From the NCBI GenBank assembly GCA_040954595.2, contig CM082588.2, positions 1,042,613-1,106,612 on the forward strand: a DNA stretch of 64,000 bases, given 5' to 3'. Below, piece by piece: positions 50,435-64,000 of this stretch. The number at the start of each line of letters is the position of its first letter. Position 1 is the first letter of the stretch. The notes below the pieces were generated by a model. That model was not told the DNA's origin, ran no database searches, and saw only the letters and a list, made by a program, of their open reading frames with translations. The position numbers and the translations under genes were made by a program. The DNA is from Balanoglossus misakiensis. Taxonomy: Eukaryota; Animalia; Hemichordata.

Positions 50435-53400
50435 ATAACCCATGGTTTTTATCGAAAAACCACCAAATTTTGAAATTTCGCGAACTCGAAAAATTGACAT
50501 TTCTGGAAGATTTTCATGAGCTATAACCCATGGTTTTTGTCGAAAAACCACCAAATTTTGAAATTTCGCGAACTCGAAAAATTGACATTTCTGGATGATT
50601 TTCATGAGCTATAACCCATGGTTTTTGTCGAAAAACCACCAAATTTTGAAATTTCGCGAACTCGAAAAATTGACATTTCTGGATGATTTTCATGAGCTAT
50701 AACCCATGGTTTTTGTCGAAAAACCACCAAATTTTGAAATTTCGCGAACTCGAAAAATTGACATTTCTGGATGATTTTCATGAGCTATAACCCATGGTTT
50801 TTGTCGAAAAACCACCAAATTTTGAAATTTCGCGAACTCGAAAAATTGACATTTCTGGATGATTTTCATGAGCTATAACCCATGGTTTTCGTCGAATAAC
50901 CACCAAATTTTGAAAATTCGCGAACTCGAAAAATTGACATTTCTGGATGATTTTCATGAGCTATAACCCATGGCTTTTGTCGAAAAACCACCAAATTTTG
51001 AAAATTCGCGAACTCGAAAAATTGACATTTCTGGATGATTTTCATGAGCTATAACCCATGGTTTTTGTCGAAAAACCACCAAATTTTGAAATTTCGCGAA
51101 GTCGAAAAATTGACATTTCTGGATGATTTTCATGAGCTATAACCCATGGTTTTTGTCGAAAAACCACCAAATTTTGAAATTTCGCGAAGTCGAAAAATTG
51201 ACATTTCTGGATGATTTTCATGAGCTATAACCCATGGTTTTTGTCGAAAAACCACCAAATTTTGAAATTTCGCGAAGTCGAAAAATTGACATTTCTGGAT
51301 GATTTTCATGAGCTATAACCCATGGTTTTTGTCGAAAAACCACCAAATTTTGAAATTTCGCGAACTCGAAAAATTGACATTTCTGGATGATTTTCATGAG
51401 CTATAACCCATGGTTTTTGTCGAAAAACCACCAAATTTTGAAATTTCGCGAACTCGAAAAATTGACATTTCTGGATGATTTTCATGAGCTATAACCCATG
51501 GTTTTTGTCGAAAAACCACCAAATTTTGAAAATTCGCGAACTAAAAAGATTGACATTTCTGGATGATTTTCATGAGCTATAACCTATGGTTTTTGTCGAA
51601 AAACCACCAAATTTTGAAATTTCGCGAACTCGAAAAATTGACATTTCTGGATGATTTTCATGAGCTATAACCCATGGTTTTTGTCGAATAACCACCAAAT
51701 TTTGAAAATTCGCGAACTCGAAAAATTGACATTTCTGGATGATTTTCATGAGCTATAACCCATGGCTTTTGTCGAAAAACCACCAAATTTTGAAAATTCG
51801 CGAACTCGAAAAATTGACATTTCTGGATGATTTTCATGAGCTATAACCCATGGTTTTTGTCGAAAAACCACCAAATTTTGAAATTTCGCGAAGTCGAAAA
51901 ATTGACATTTCTGGATGATTTTCATGAGCTATAACCCATGGTTTTTGTCGAAAAACCACCAAATTTTGAAATTTCGCGAAGTCGAAAAATTGACATTTCT
52001 GGATGATTTTCATGAGCTATAACCCATGGTTTTTGTCGAAAAACCACCAAATTTTGAAATTTCGCGAAGTCGAAAAATTGACATTTCTGGATGATTTTCA
52101 TGAGCTATAACCCATGGTTTTTGTCGAAAAACCACCAAATTTTGAAATTTCGCGAACTCGAAAAATTGACATTTCTGGATGATTTTCATGAGCTATAACC
52201 CATGGTTTTTGTCGAAAAACCACCAAATTTTGAAATTTCGCGAACTCGAAAAATTGACATTTCTGGATGATTTTCATGAGCTATAACCCATGGTTTTTGT
52301 CGAAAAACCACCAAATTTTGAAAATTCGCGAACTCAAAAAATTGACATTTCTGGATGATTTTCATGAGCTATAACCCATGGTTTTTGTCGAAAAACCACC
52401 AAATTTTGAAAATTCGCGAACTCGAAAAATTGACATTTCTGGATGATTTTCATGAGCTATAACCCATGGTTTTTGTCGAAAAACCACCAAATTTTGAAAA
52501 TTCGCGAACTCGAAAAATTGACATTTCTGGATGATTTTCATGAGCTATAACCCATGGTTTTTGTCGAAAAACCACCAAATTTTGAAATTTCGCGAAGTCG
52601 AAAAATTGACATTTCTGGATGATTTTCATGAGCTATAACCCATGGTTTTTGTCGAAAAACCACCAAATTTTGAAATTTCGCGAAGTCGAAAAATTGACAT
52701 TTCTGGATGATTTTCATGAGCTATAACCCATGGTTTTTGTCGAAAAACCACCAAATTTTGAAATTTCGCGAAGTCGAAAAATTGACATTTCTGGATGATT
52801 TTCATGAGCTATAACCCATGGTTTTTGTCGAAAAACCACCAAATTTTGAAATTTCGCGAAGTCGAAAAATTGACATTTCTGGATGATTTTCATGAGCTAT
52901 AACCCATGGTTTTTGTCGAAAAACCACCAAATTTTGAAATTTCGCGAACTCGAAAAATTGACATTTCTGGATGATTTTCATGAGCTATAACCCATGGTTT
53001 TTGTCGAAAAACCACCAAATTTTGAAATTTCGCGAACTCGAAAAATTGACATTTCTGGATGATTTTCATGAGCTATAACCCATGGTTTTTGTCGAAAAAC
53101 CACCAAATTTTGAAATTTCGCGAACTCGAAAAATTGACATTTCTGGATGATTTTCATGAGCTATAACCCATGGTTTTTGTCGAAAAACCACCAAATTTTG
53201 AAATTTCGCGAACTCGAAAAATTGACATTTCTGGATGATTTTCATGAGCTATAACCCATGGCTTTTGTCGAAAAACCACCAAATTTTGAAAATTCGCGAA
53301 CTCGAAAAATTGACATTTCTGGATGATTTTCATGAGCTATAACCCATGGTTTTTGTCGAAAAACCACCAAATTTTGAAAATTCGCGAACTCGAAAAATTG

Positions 53401-56400
53401 ACATTTCTGGATGATTTTCATGAGCTATAACCCATGGTTTTTGTCGAAAAACCACCAAATTTTGAAAATTCGCGAAGTCGAAAAATTGACATTTCTGGAT
53501 GATTTTCATGAGCTATAACCCATGGTTTTTGTCGAAAAACCACCAAATTTTGAAATTTCGCGAAGTCGAAAAATTGACATTTCTGGATGATTTTCATGAG
53601 CTATAACCCATGGTTTTTGTCGAAAAACCACCAAATTTTGAAATTTCGCGAAGTCGAAAAATTGACATTTCTGGATGATTTTCATGAGCTATAACCCATG
53701 GTTTTTGTCGAAAAACCACCAAATTTTGAAATTTCGCGAACTCGAAAAATTGACATTTCTGGATGATTTTCATGAGCTATAACCCATGGTTTTTGTCGAA
53801 AAACCACCAAATTTTGAAATTTCGCGAACTCGAAAAATTGACATTTCTGGATGATTTTCATGAGCTATAACCCATGGTTTTTGTCGAAAAACCACCAAAT
53901 TTTGAAAATTCGCGAACTAAAAAATTGACATTTCTGGATGATTTTCATGAGCTATAACCCATGGTTTTTGTCGAAAAACCACCAAATTTTGAAAATTCGC
54001 GAACTCGAAAAATTGACATTTCTGGATGATTTTCATGAGCTATAACCCATGGTTTTTGTCGAAAAACCACCAAATTTTGAAATTTCGCGAAGTCGAAAAA
54101 TTGACATTTCTGGATGATTTTCATGAGCTATAACCCATGGTTTTTGTCGAAAAACCACCAAATTTTGAAATTTCGCGAAGTCGAAAAATTGACATTTCTG
54201 GATGATTTTCATGAGCTATAACCCATGGTTTTTGTCGAAAAACCACCAAATTTTGAAATTTCGCGAACTCGAAAAATTGACATTTCTGGATGATTTTCAT
54301 GAGCTATAACCCATGGTTTTTGTCGAAAAACCACCAAATTTTGAAATTTCGCGAACTCGAAAAATTGACATTTCTGGATGATTTTCATGAGCTATAACCC
54401 ATGGTTTTTGTCGAAAAACCACCAAATTTTGAAATTTCGCGAACTCGAAAAATTGACATTTCTGGATGATTTTCATGAGCTATAACCCATGGTTTTTGTC
54501 GAAAAACCACCAAATTTTGAAATTTCGCGAACTCGAAAAATTGACATTTCTGGATGATTTTCATGAGCTATAACCCATGGCTTTTGTCGAAAAACCACCA
54601 AATTTTGAAAATTCGCGAACTCGAAAAATTGACATTTCTGGATGATTTTCATGAGCTATAACCCATGGTTTTTGTCGAAAAACCACCAAATTTTGAAAAT
54701 TCGCGAACTCGAAAAATTGACATTTCTGGATGATTTTCATGAGCTATAACCCATGGTTTTTGTCGAAAAACCACCAAATTTTGAAAATTCGCGAAGTCGA
54801 AAAATTGACATTTCTGGATGATTTTCATGAGCTATAACCCATGGTTTTTGTCGAAAAACCACCAAATTTTGAAATTTCGCGAAGTCGAAAAATTGACATT
54901 TCTGGATGATTTTCATGAGCTATAACCCATGGTTTTTGTCGAAAAACCACCAAATTTTGAAATTTCGCGAAGTCGAAAAATTGACATTTCTGGATGATTT
55001 TCATGAGCTATAACCCATGGTTTTTGTCGAAAAACCACCAAATTTTGAAATTTCGCGAACTCGAAAAATTGACATTTCTGGATGATTTTCATGAGCTATA
55101 ACCCATGGTTTTTGTCGAAAAACCACCAAATTTTGAAATTTCGCGAACTCGAAAAATTGACATTTCTGGATGATTTTCATGAGCTATAACCCATGGTTTT
55201 TGTCGAAAAACCACCAAATTTTGAAAATTCGCGAACTCGAAAAATTGACATTTCTGGATGATTTTCATGAGCTATAACCCATGGTTTTTGTCGAAAAACC
55301 ACCAAATTTTGAAAATTCGCGAACTCGAAAAATTGACATTTCTGGATGATTTTCATGAGCTATAACCCATGGTTTTTGTCGAAAAACCACCAAATTTTGA
55401 AAATTCGCGAACTCGAAAAATTGACATTTCTGGATGATTTTCATGAGCTATAACCCATGGTTTTTGTCGAAAAACCACCAAATTTTGAAATTTCGCGAAG
55501 TCGAAAAATTGACATTTCTGGATGATTTTCATGAGCTATAACCCATGGTTTTTGTCGAAAAACCACCAAATTTTGAAATTTCGCGAAGTCGAAAAATTGA
55601 CATTTCTGGATGATTTTCATGAGCTATAACCCATGGTTTTTGTCGAAAAACCACCAAATTTTGAAATTTCGCGAAGTCGAAAAATTGACATTTCTGGATG
55701 ATTTTCATGAGCTATAACCCATGGTTTTTGTCGAAAAACCACCAAATTTTGAAATTTCGCGAAGTCGAAAAATTGACATTTCTGGATGATTTTCATGAGC
55801 TATAACCCATGGTTTTTGTCGAAAAACCACCAAATTTTGAAATTTCGCGAAGTCGAAAAATTGACATTTCTGGATGATTTTCATGAGCTATAACCCATGG
55901 TTTTTGTCGAAAAACCACCAAATTTTGAAATTTCGCGAAGTCGAAAAATTGACATTTCTGGATGATTTTCATGAGCTATAACCCATGGTTTTTGTCGAAA
56001 AACCACCAAATTTTGAAATTTCGCGAACTCGAAAAATTGACATTTCTGGATGATTTTCATGAGCTATAACCCATGGTTTTTGTCGAAAAACCACCAAATT
56101 TTGAAATTTCGCGAACTCGAAAAATTGACATTTCTGGATGATTTTCATGAGCTATAACCCATGGTTTTTGTCGAAAAACCACCAAATTTTGAAATTTCGC
56201 GAACTCGAAAAATTGACATTTCTGGATGATTTTCATGAGCTATAACCCATGGTTTTTGTCGAAAAACCACCAAATTTTGAAATTCGCGAACTCGAAAAAT
56301 TGACATTTCTGGATGATTTTCATGAGCTATAACCCATGGTTTTTGTCGAAAAACCACCAAATTTTGAAAATTCGCGAACTCGAAAAATTGACATTTCTGG

Positions 56401-59400
56401 ATGATTTTCATGAGCTATAACCCATGGTTTTTGTCGAAAAACCACCAAATTTTGAAAATTCGCGAAGTCGAAAAATTGACATTTCTGGATGATTTTCATG
56501 AGCTATAACCCATGGTTTTTGTCGAAAAAACACCAAATTTTGAAAATTCGCGAAGTCGAAAAATTGACATTTCTGGATGATTTTCATGAGCTATAACCCA
56601 TGGTTTTTGTCGAAAAACCACCAAATTTTGAAATTTCGCGAAGTCGAAAAATTGACATTTCTGGATGATTTTCATGAGCTATAACCCATGGTTTTTGTCG
56701 AAAAACCACCAAATTTTGAAATTTCGCGAACTCGAAAAATTGACATTTCTGGATGATTTTCATGAGCTATAACCCATGGTTTTTGTCGAAAAACCACCAA
56801 ATTTTGAAATTTCGCGAAGTCGAAAAATTGACATTTCTGGATGATTTTCATGAGCTATAACCCATGGTTTTTGTCGAAAAACCACCAAATTTTGAAATTT
56901 CGCGAACTCGAAAAATTGACATTTCTGGATGATTTTCATGAGCTATAACCCATGGTTTTTGTCGAAAAACCACCAAATTTTGAAATTTCGCGAAGTCGAA
57001 AAATTGACATTTCTGGATGATTTTCATGAGCTATAACCCATGGTTTTTGTCGAAAAACCACCAAATTTTGAAATTTCGCGAAGTCGAAAAATTGACATTT
57101 CTGGATGATTTTCATGAGCTATAACCCATGGTTTTTGTCGAAAAACCACCAAATTTTGAAATTTCGCGAAGTCGAAAAATTGACATTTCTGGATGATTTT
57201 CATGAGCTATAACCCATGGTTTTTGTCGAAAAACCACCAAATTTTGAAATTTCGCGAAGTCGAAAAATTGACATTTCTGGATGATTTTCATGAGCTATAA
57301 CCCATGGTTTTTGTCGAAAAACCACCAAATTTTGAAATTTCGCGAAGTCGAAAAATTGACATTTCTGGATGATTTTCATGAGCTATAACCCATGGTTTTT
57401 GTCGAAAAACCACCAAATTTTGAAATTTCGCGAAGTCGAAAAATTGACATTTCTGGATGATTTTCATGAGCTATAACCCATGGTTTTTGTCGAAAAACCA
57501 CCAAATTTTGAAAATTCGCGAACTCGAAAAATTGACATTTCTGGATGATTTTCATGAGCTATAACCCATGGTTTTTGTCGAAAAACCACCAAATTTTGAA
57601 ATTTCGCGAAGTCGAAAAATTGACATTTCTGGATGATTTTCATGAGCTATAACCCATGGTTTTTGTCGAAAAACCACCAAATTTTGAAATTTCGCGAAGT
57701 CGAAAAATTGACATTTCTGGATGATTTTCATGAGCTATAACCCATGGTTTTTGTCGAAAAACCACCAAATTTTGAAATTTCGCGAAGTCGAAAAATTGAC
57801 ATTTCTGGATGATTTTCATGAGCTATAACCCATGGTTTTTGTCGAAAAACCACCAAATTTTGAAATTTCGCGAAGTCGAAAAATTGACATTTCTGGATGA
57901 TTTTCATGAGCTATAACCCATGGTTTTTGTCGAAAAACCACCAAATTTTGAAATTTCGCGAACTCGAAAAATTGACATTTCTGGATGATTTTCATGAGCT
58001 ATAACCCATGGTTTTTGTCGAAAAACCACCAAATTTTGAAATTTCGCGAACTCGAAAAATTGACATTTCTGGATGATTTTCATGAGCTATAACCCATGGT
58101 TTTTGTCGAAAAACCACCAAATTTTGAAATTTCGCGAACTCGAAAAATTGACATTTCTGGATGATTTTCATGAGCTATAACCCATGGTTTTTGTCGAAAA
58201 ACCACCAAATTTTGAAATTTCGCGAAGTCGAAAAATTGACATTTCTGGATGATTTTCATGAGCTATAACCCATGGTTTTTGTCGAAAAACCACCAAATTT
58301 TGAAATTTCGCGAAGTCGAAAAATTGACATTTCTGGATGATTTTCATGAGCTATAACCCATGGTTTTTGTCGAAAAACCACCAAATTTTGAAATTTCGCG
58401 AAGTCGAAAAATTGACATTTCTGGATGATTTTCATGAGCTATAACCCATGGTTTTTGTCGAAAAACCACCAAATTTTGAAATTTCGCGAAGTCGAAAAAT
58501 TGACATTTCTGGATGATTTTCATGAGCTATAACCCATGGTTTTTGTCGAAAAACCACCAAATTTTGAAATTTCGCGAAGTCGAAAAATTGACATTTCTGG
58601 ATGATTTTCATGAGCTATAACCCATGGTTTTTGTCGAAAAACCACCAAATTTTGAAATTTCGCGAAGTCGAAAAATTGACATTTCTGGATGATTTTCATG
58701 AGCTATAACCCATGGTTTTTGTCGAAAAACCACCAAATTTTGAAATTTCGCGAAGTCGAAAAATTGACATTTCTGGATGATTTTCATGAGCTATAACCCA
58801 TGGTTTTTGTCGAAAAACCACCAAATTTTGAAATTTCGCGAACTCGAAAAATTGACATTTCTGGATGATTTTCATGAGCTATAACCCATGGTTTTTGTCG
58901 AAAAACCACCAAATTTTGAAATTTCGCGAACTCGAAAAATTGACATTTCTGGATGATTTTCATGAGCTATAACCCATGGTTTTTGTCGAAAAACCACCAA
59001 ATTTTGAAAATTCGCGAACTCGAAAAATTGACATTTCTGGATGATTTTCATGAGCTATAACCCATGGTTTTTGTCGAAAAACCACCAAATTTTGAAATTT
59101 CGCGAAGTCGAAAAATTGACATTTCTGGATGATTTTCATGAGCTATAACCCATGGTTTTTGTCGAAAAACCACCAAATTTTGAAATTTCGCGAAGTCGAA
59201 AAATTGACATTTCTGGATGATTTTCATGAGCTATAACCCATGGTTTTTGTCAAAAAACCACCAAATTTTGAAATTTCGCGAAGTCGAAAAATTGACATTT
59301 CTGGATGATTTTCATGAGCTATAACCCATGGTTTTTGTCGAAAAAGCACCAAATTTTGAAATTTCGCGAAGTCGAAAAATTGACATTTCTGGATGATTTT

Positions 59401-62400
59401 CATGAGCTATAACCCATGGTTTTTGTCGAAAAAGCACCAAATTTTGAAATTTCGCGAAGTCGAAAAATTGACATTTCTGGATGATTTTCATGAGCTATAA
59501 CCCATGGTTTTTGTCGAAAAAGCACCAAATTTTGAAATTTCGCGAAGTCGAAAAATTGACATTTCTGGATGATTTTCATGAGCTATAACCCATGGTTTTT
59601 GTCAAAAAACCACCAAATTTTGAAATTTCGCGAAGTCGAAAAATTGACATTTCTGGATGATTTTCATGAGCTATAACCCATGGTTTTTGTCGAAAAACCA
59701 CCAAATTTTGAAATTTCGCGAAGTCGAAAAATTGACATTTCTGGATGATTTTCATGAGCTATAACCCATGGTTTTTGTCGAAAAACCACCAAATTTTGAA
59801 ATTTCGCGAAGTCGAAAAATTGACATTTCTGGATGATTTTCATGAGCTATAACCCATGGTTTTTGTCGAAAAACCACCAAATTTTGAAATTTCGCGAAGT
59901 CGAAAAATTGACATTTCTGGATGATTTTCATGAGCTATAACCCATGGTTTTTGTCGAAAAACCACCAAATTTTGAAATTTCGCGAAGTCGAAAAATTGAC
60001 ATTTCTGGATGATTTTCATGAGCTATAACCCATGGTTTTTGTCGAAAAACCACCAAATTTTGAAAATTCGCGAACTCGAAAAATTGACATTTCTGGATGA
60101 TTTTCATGAGCTATAACCCATGGTTTTTGTCGAAAAACCACCAAATTTTGAAATTTCGCGAAGTCGAAAAATTGACATTTCTGGATGATTTTCATGAGCT
60201 ATAACCCATGGTTTTTGTCGAAAAACCACCAAATTTTGAAATTTCGCGAAGTCGAAAAATTGACATTTCTGGATGATTTTCATGAGCTATAACCCATGGT
60301 TTTTGTCGAAAAACCACCAAATTTTGAAATTTCGCGAAGTCGAAAAATTGACATTTCTGGATGATTTTCATGAGCTATAACCCATGGTTTTTGTCGAAAA
60401 ACCACCAAATTTTGAAATTTCGCGAAGTCGAAAAATTGACATTTCTGGATGATTTTCATGAGCTATAACCCATGGTTTTTGTCGAAAAACCACCAAATTT
60501 TGAAATTTCGCGAAGTCGAAAAATTGACATTTCTGGATGATTTTCATGAGCTATAACCCATGGTTTTTGTCGAAAAACCACCAAATTTTGAAATTTCGCG
60601 AAGTCGAAAAATTGACATTTCTGGATGATTTTCATGAGCTATAACCCATGGTTTTTGTCGAAAAACCACCAAATTTTGAAATTTCGCGAAGTCGAAAAAT
60701 TGACATTTCTGGATGATTTTCATGAGCTATAACCCATGGTTTTTGTCGAAAAACCACCAAATTTTGAAATTTCGCGAAGTCGAAAAATTGACATTTCTGG
60801 ATGATTTTCATGAGCTATAACCCATGGTTTTTGTCGAAAAACCACCAAATTTTGAAATTTCGCGAAGTCGAAAAATTGACATTTCTGGATGATTTTCATG
60901 AGCTATAACCCATGGTTTTTGTCGAAAAACCACCAAATTTTGAAATTTCGCGAAGTCGAAAAATTGACATTTCTGGATGATTTTCATGAGCTATAACCCA
61001 TGGTTTTTGTCGAAAAACCACCAAATTTTGAAATTTCGCGAAGTCGAAAAATTGACATTTCTGGATGATTTTCATGAGCTATAACCCATGGTTTTTGTCG
61101 AAAAACCACCAAATTTTGAAATTTCGCGAAGTCGAAAAATTGACATTTCTGGATGATTTTCATGAGCTATAACCCATGGTTTTTGTCGAAAAACCACCAA
61201 ATTTTGAAATTTCGCGAAGTCGAAAAATTGACATTTCTGGATGATTTTCATGAGCTATAACCCATGGTTTTTGTCGAAAAACCACCAAATTTTGAAATTT
61301 CGCGAAGTCGAAAAATTGACATTTCTGGATGATTTTCATGAGCTATAACCCATGGTTTTTGTCGAAAAACCACCAAATTTTGAAATTTCGCGAAGTCGAA
61401 AAATTGACATTTCTGGATGATTTTCATGAGCTATAACCCATGGTTTTTGTCGAAAAACCACCAAATTTTGAAATTTCGCGAAGTCGAAAAATTGACATTT
61501 CTGGATGATTTTCATGAGCTATAACCCATGGTTTTTGTCGAAAAACCACCAAATTTTGAAATTTCGCGAAGTCGAAAAATTGACATTTCTGGATGATTTT
61601 CATGAGCTATAACCCATGGTTTTTGTCGAAAAACCACCAAATTTTGAAATTTCGCGAAGTCGAAAAATTGACATTTCTGGATGATTTTCATGAGCTATAA
61701 CCCATGGTTTTTGTCGAAAAACCACCAAATTTTGAAATTTCGCGAAGTCGAAAAATTGACATTTCTGGATGATTTTCATGAGCTATAACCCATGGTTTTT
61801 GTCGAAAAACCACCAAATTTTGAAATTTCGCGAAGTCGAAAAATTGACATTTCTGGATGATTTTCATGAGCTATAACCCATGGTTTTTGTCGAAAAACCA
61901 CCAAATTTTGAAATTTCGCGAAGTCGAAAAATTGACATTTCTGGATGATTTTCATGAGCTATAACCCATGGTTTTTGTCGAAAAACCACCAAATTTTGAA
62001 ATTTCGCGAAGTCGAAAAATTGACATTTCTGGATGATTTTCATGAGCTATAACCCATGGTTTTTGTCGAAAAACCACCAAATTTTGAAATTTCGCGAAGT
62101 CGAAAAATTGACATTTCTGGATGATTTTCATGAGCTATAACCCATGGTTTTTGTCGAAAAACCACCAAATTTTGAAATTTCGCGAAGTCGAAAAATTGAC
62201 ATTTCTGGATGATTTTCATGAGCTATAACCCATGGTTTTTGTCGAAAAACCACCAAATTTTGAAATTTCGCGAAGTCGAAAAATTGACATTTCTGGATGA
62301 TTTTCATGAGCTATAACCCATGGTTTTTGTCGAAAAACCACCAAATTTTGAAATTTCGCGAAGTCGAAAAATTGACATTTCTGGATGATTTTCATGAGCT

Positions 62401-64000
62401 ATAACCCATGGTTTTTGTCGAAAAACCACCAAATTTTGAAATTTCGCGAAGTCGAAAAATTGACATTTCTGGATGATTTTCATGAGCTATAACCCATGGT
62501 TTTTGTCGAAAAACCACCAAATTTTGAAATTTCGCGAAGTCGAAAAATTGACATTTCTGGATGATTTTCATGAGCTATAACCCATGGTTTTTGTCGAAAA
62601 ACCACCAAATTTTGAAATTTCGCGAAGTCGAAAAATTGACATTTCTGGATGATTTTCATGAGCTATAACCCATGGTTTTTGTCGAAAAACCACCAAATTT
62701 TGAAATTTCGCGAAGTCGAAAAATTGACATTTCTGGATGATTTTCATGAGCTATAACCCATGGTTTTTGTCGAAAAAGCACCAAATTTTGAAATTTCGCG
62801 AAGTCGAAAAATTGACATTTCTGGATGATTTTCATGAGCTATAACCCATGGTTTTTGTCGAAAAACCACCAAATTTTGAAATTTCGCGAAGTCGAAAAAT
62901 TGACATTTCTGGATGATTTTCATGAGCTATAACCCATGGTTTTTGTCGAAAAACCACCAAATTTTGAAATTTCGCGAAGTCGAAAAATTGACATTTCTGG
63001 ATGATTTTCATGAGCTATAACCCATGGTTTTTGTCGAAAAACCACCAAATTTTGAAATTTCGCGAAGTCGAAAAATTGACATTTCTGGATGATTTTCATG
63101 AGCTATAACCCATGGTTTTTGTCGAAAAACCACCAAATTTTGAAATTTCGCGAAGTCGAAAAATTGACATTTCTGGATGATTTTCATGAGCTATAACCCA
63201 TGGTTTTTGTCGAAAAACCACCAAATTTTGAAATTTCGCGAAGTCGAAAAATTGACATTTCTGGATGATTTTCATGAGCTATAACCCATGGTTTTTGTCG
63301 AAAAACCACCAAATTTTGAAATTTCGCGAAGTCGAAAAATTGACATTTCTGGATGATTTTCATGAGCTATAACCCATGGTTTTTGTCGAAAAACCACCAA
63401 ATTTTGAAATTTCGCGAAGTCGAAAAATTGACATTTCTGGATGATTTTCATGAGCTATAACCCATGGTTTTTGTCGAAAAAGCACCAAATTTTGAAATTT
63501 CGCGAAGTCGAAAAATTGACATTTCTGGATGATTTTCATGAGCTATAACCCATGGTTTTTGTCGAAAAACCACCAAATTTTGAAATTTCGCGAAGTCGAA
63601 AAATTGACATTTCTGGATGATTTTCATGAGCTATAACCCATGGTTTTTGTCGAAAAACCACCAAATTTTGAAATTTCGCGAAGTCGAAAAATTGACATTT
63701 CTGGATGATTTTCATGAGCTATAACCCATGGTTTTTGTCGAAAAACCACCAAATTTTGAAATTTCGCGAAGTCGAAAAATTGACATTTCTGGATGATTTT
63801 CATGAGCTATAACCCATGGTTTTTGTCGAAAAACCACCAAATTTTGAAATTTCGCGAAGTCGAAAAATTGACATTTCTGGATGATTTTCATGAGCTATAA
63901 CCCATGGTTTTTGTCGAAAAACCACCAAATTTTGAAATTTCGCGAAGTCGAAAAATTGACATTTCTGGATGATTTTCATGAGCTATAACCCATGGTTTTT
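50435..64000. repeat. 88-bp tandem satellite array, about 154 copies, running off the right edge
   Basis: Unit catgagctataacccatggtttttgtcgaaaaaccaccaaattttgaaatttcgcgaa(c/g)tcgaaaaattgacatttctggatgatttt; period 88 (e.g. 50691 to 50779). Confidence 0.99.

Noticed and set aside
50740-50760. CENP-B box in the satellite monomer
   Set aside because: TTCG is present but the required downstream A..CGGG is not.
50369-56411. ORFs inside the satellite (50369-50605, 56145-56411)
   Set aside because: They arise from the repeat frame and single-base indels or the inversion junction; no protein signature.

Overview
Intron-rich, AT-rich animal genomic DNA, probably from a marine invertebrate (inferred, not proven). 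It holds four spliced genes: (1) the 5' part of a minus-strand receptor gene with signal peptide, C-type lectin, Ser/Thr stalk and GAIN-like region, running off the left edge; (2) a complete PAAF1 (11 exons, 8478-17489); (3) a two-exon NR0B (DAX1/SHP-type) nuclear receptor lacking a DNA-binding domain (21303-30298); (4) a complete DDX10 (16 exons, 36466-49257). The last ~14 kb is an 88-bp satellite: a short diverged inverted block abuts a ~154-copy homogeneous array. Several MITEs and microsatellites are present. The most interesting signal is a small same-strand ORF nested in the NR0B intron (28735-28962). It repeats the NR0B N-terminal CxCP...SILYxLL box, adds a second LxxLL, has no ligand-binding domain, and follows its own promoter-like region. 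The locus, including one oversized intron in each neighbouring housekeeping gene, carries many AGGTCA/CAAGGTCA nuclear-receptor elements. Exon boundaries were read by eye and homologies are recalled from memory; no search was run.
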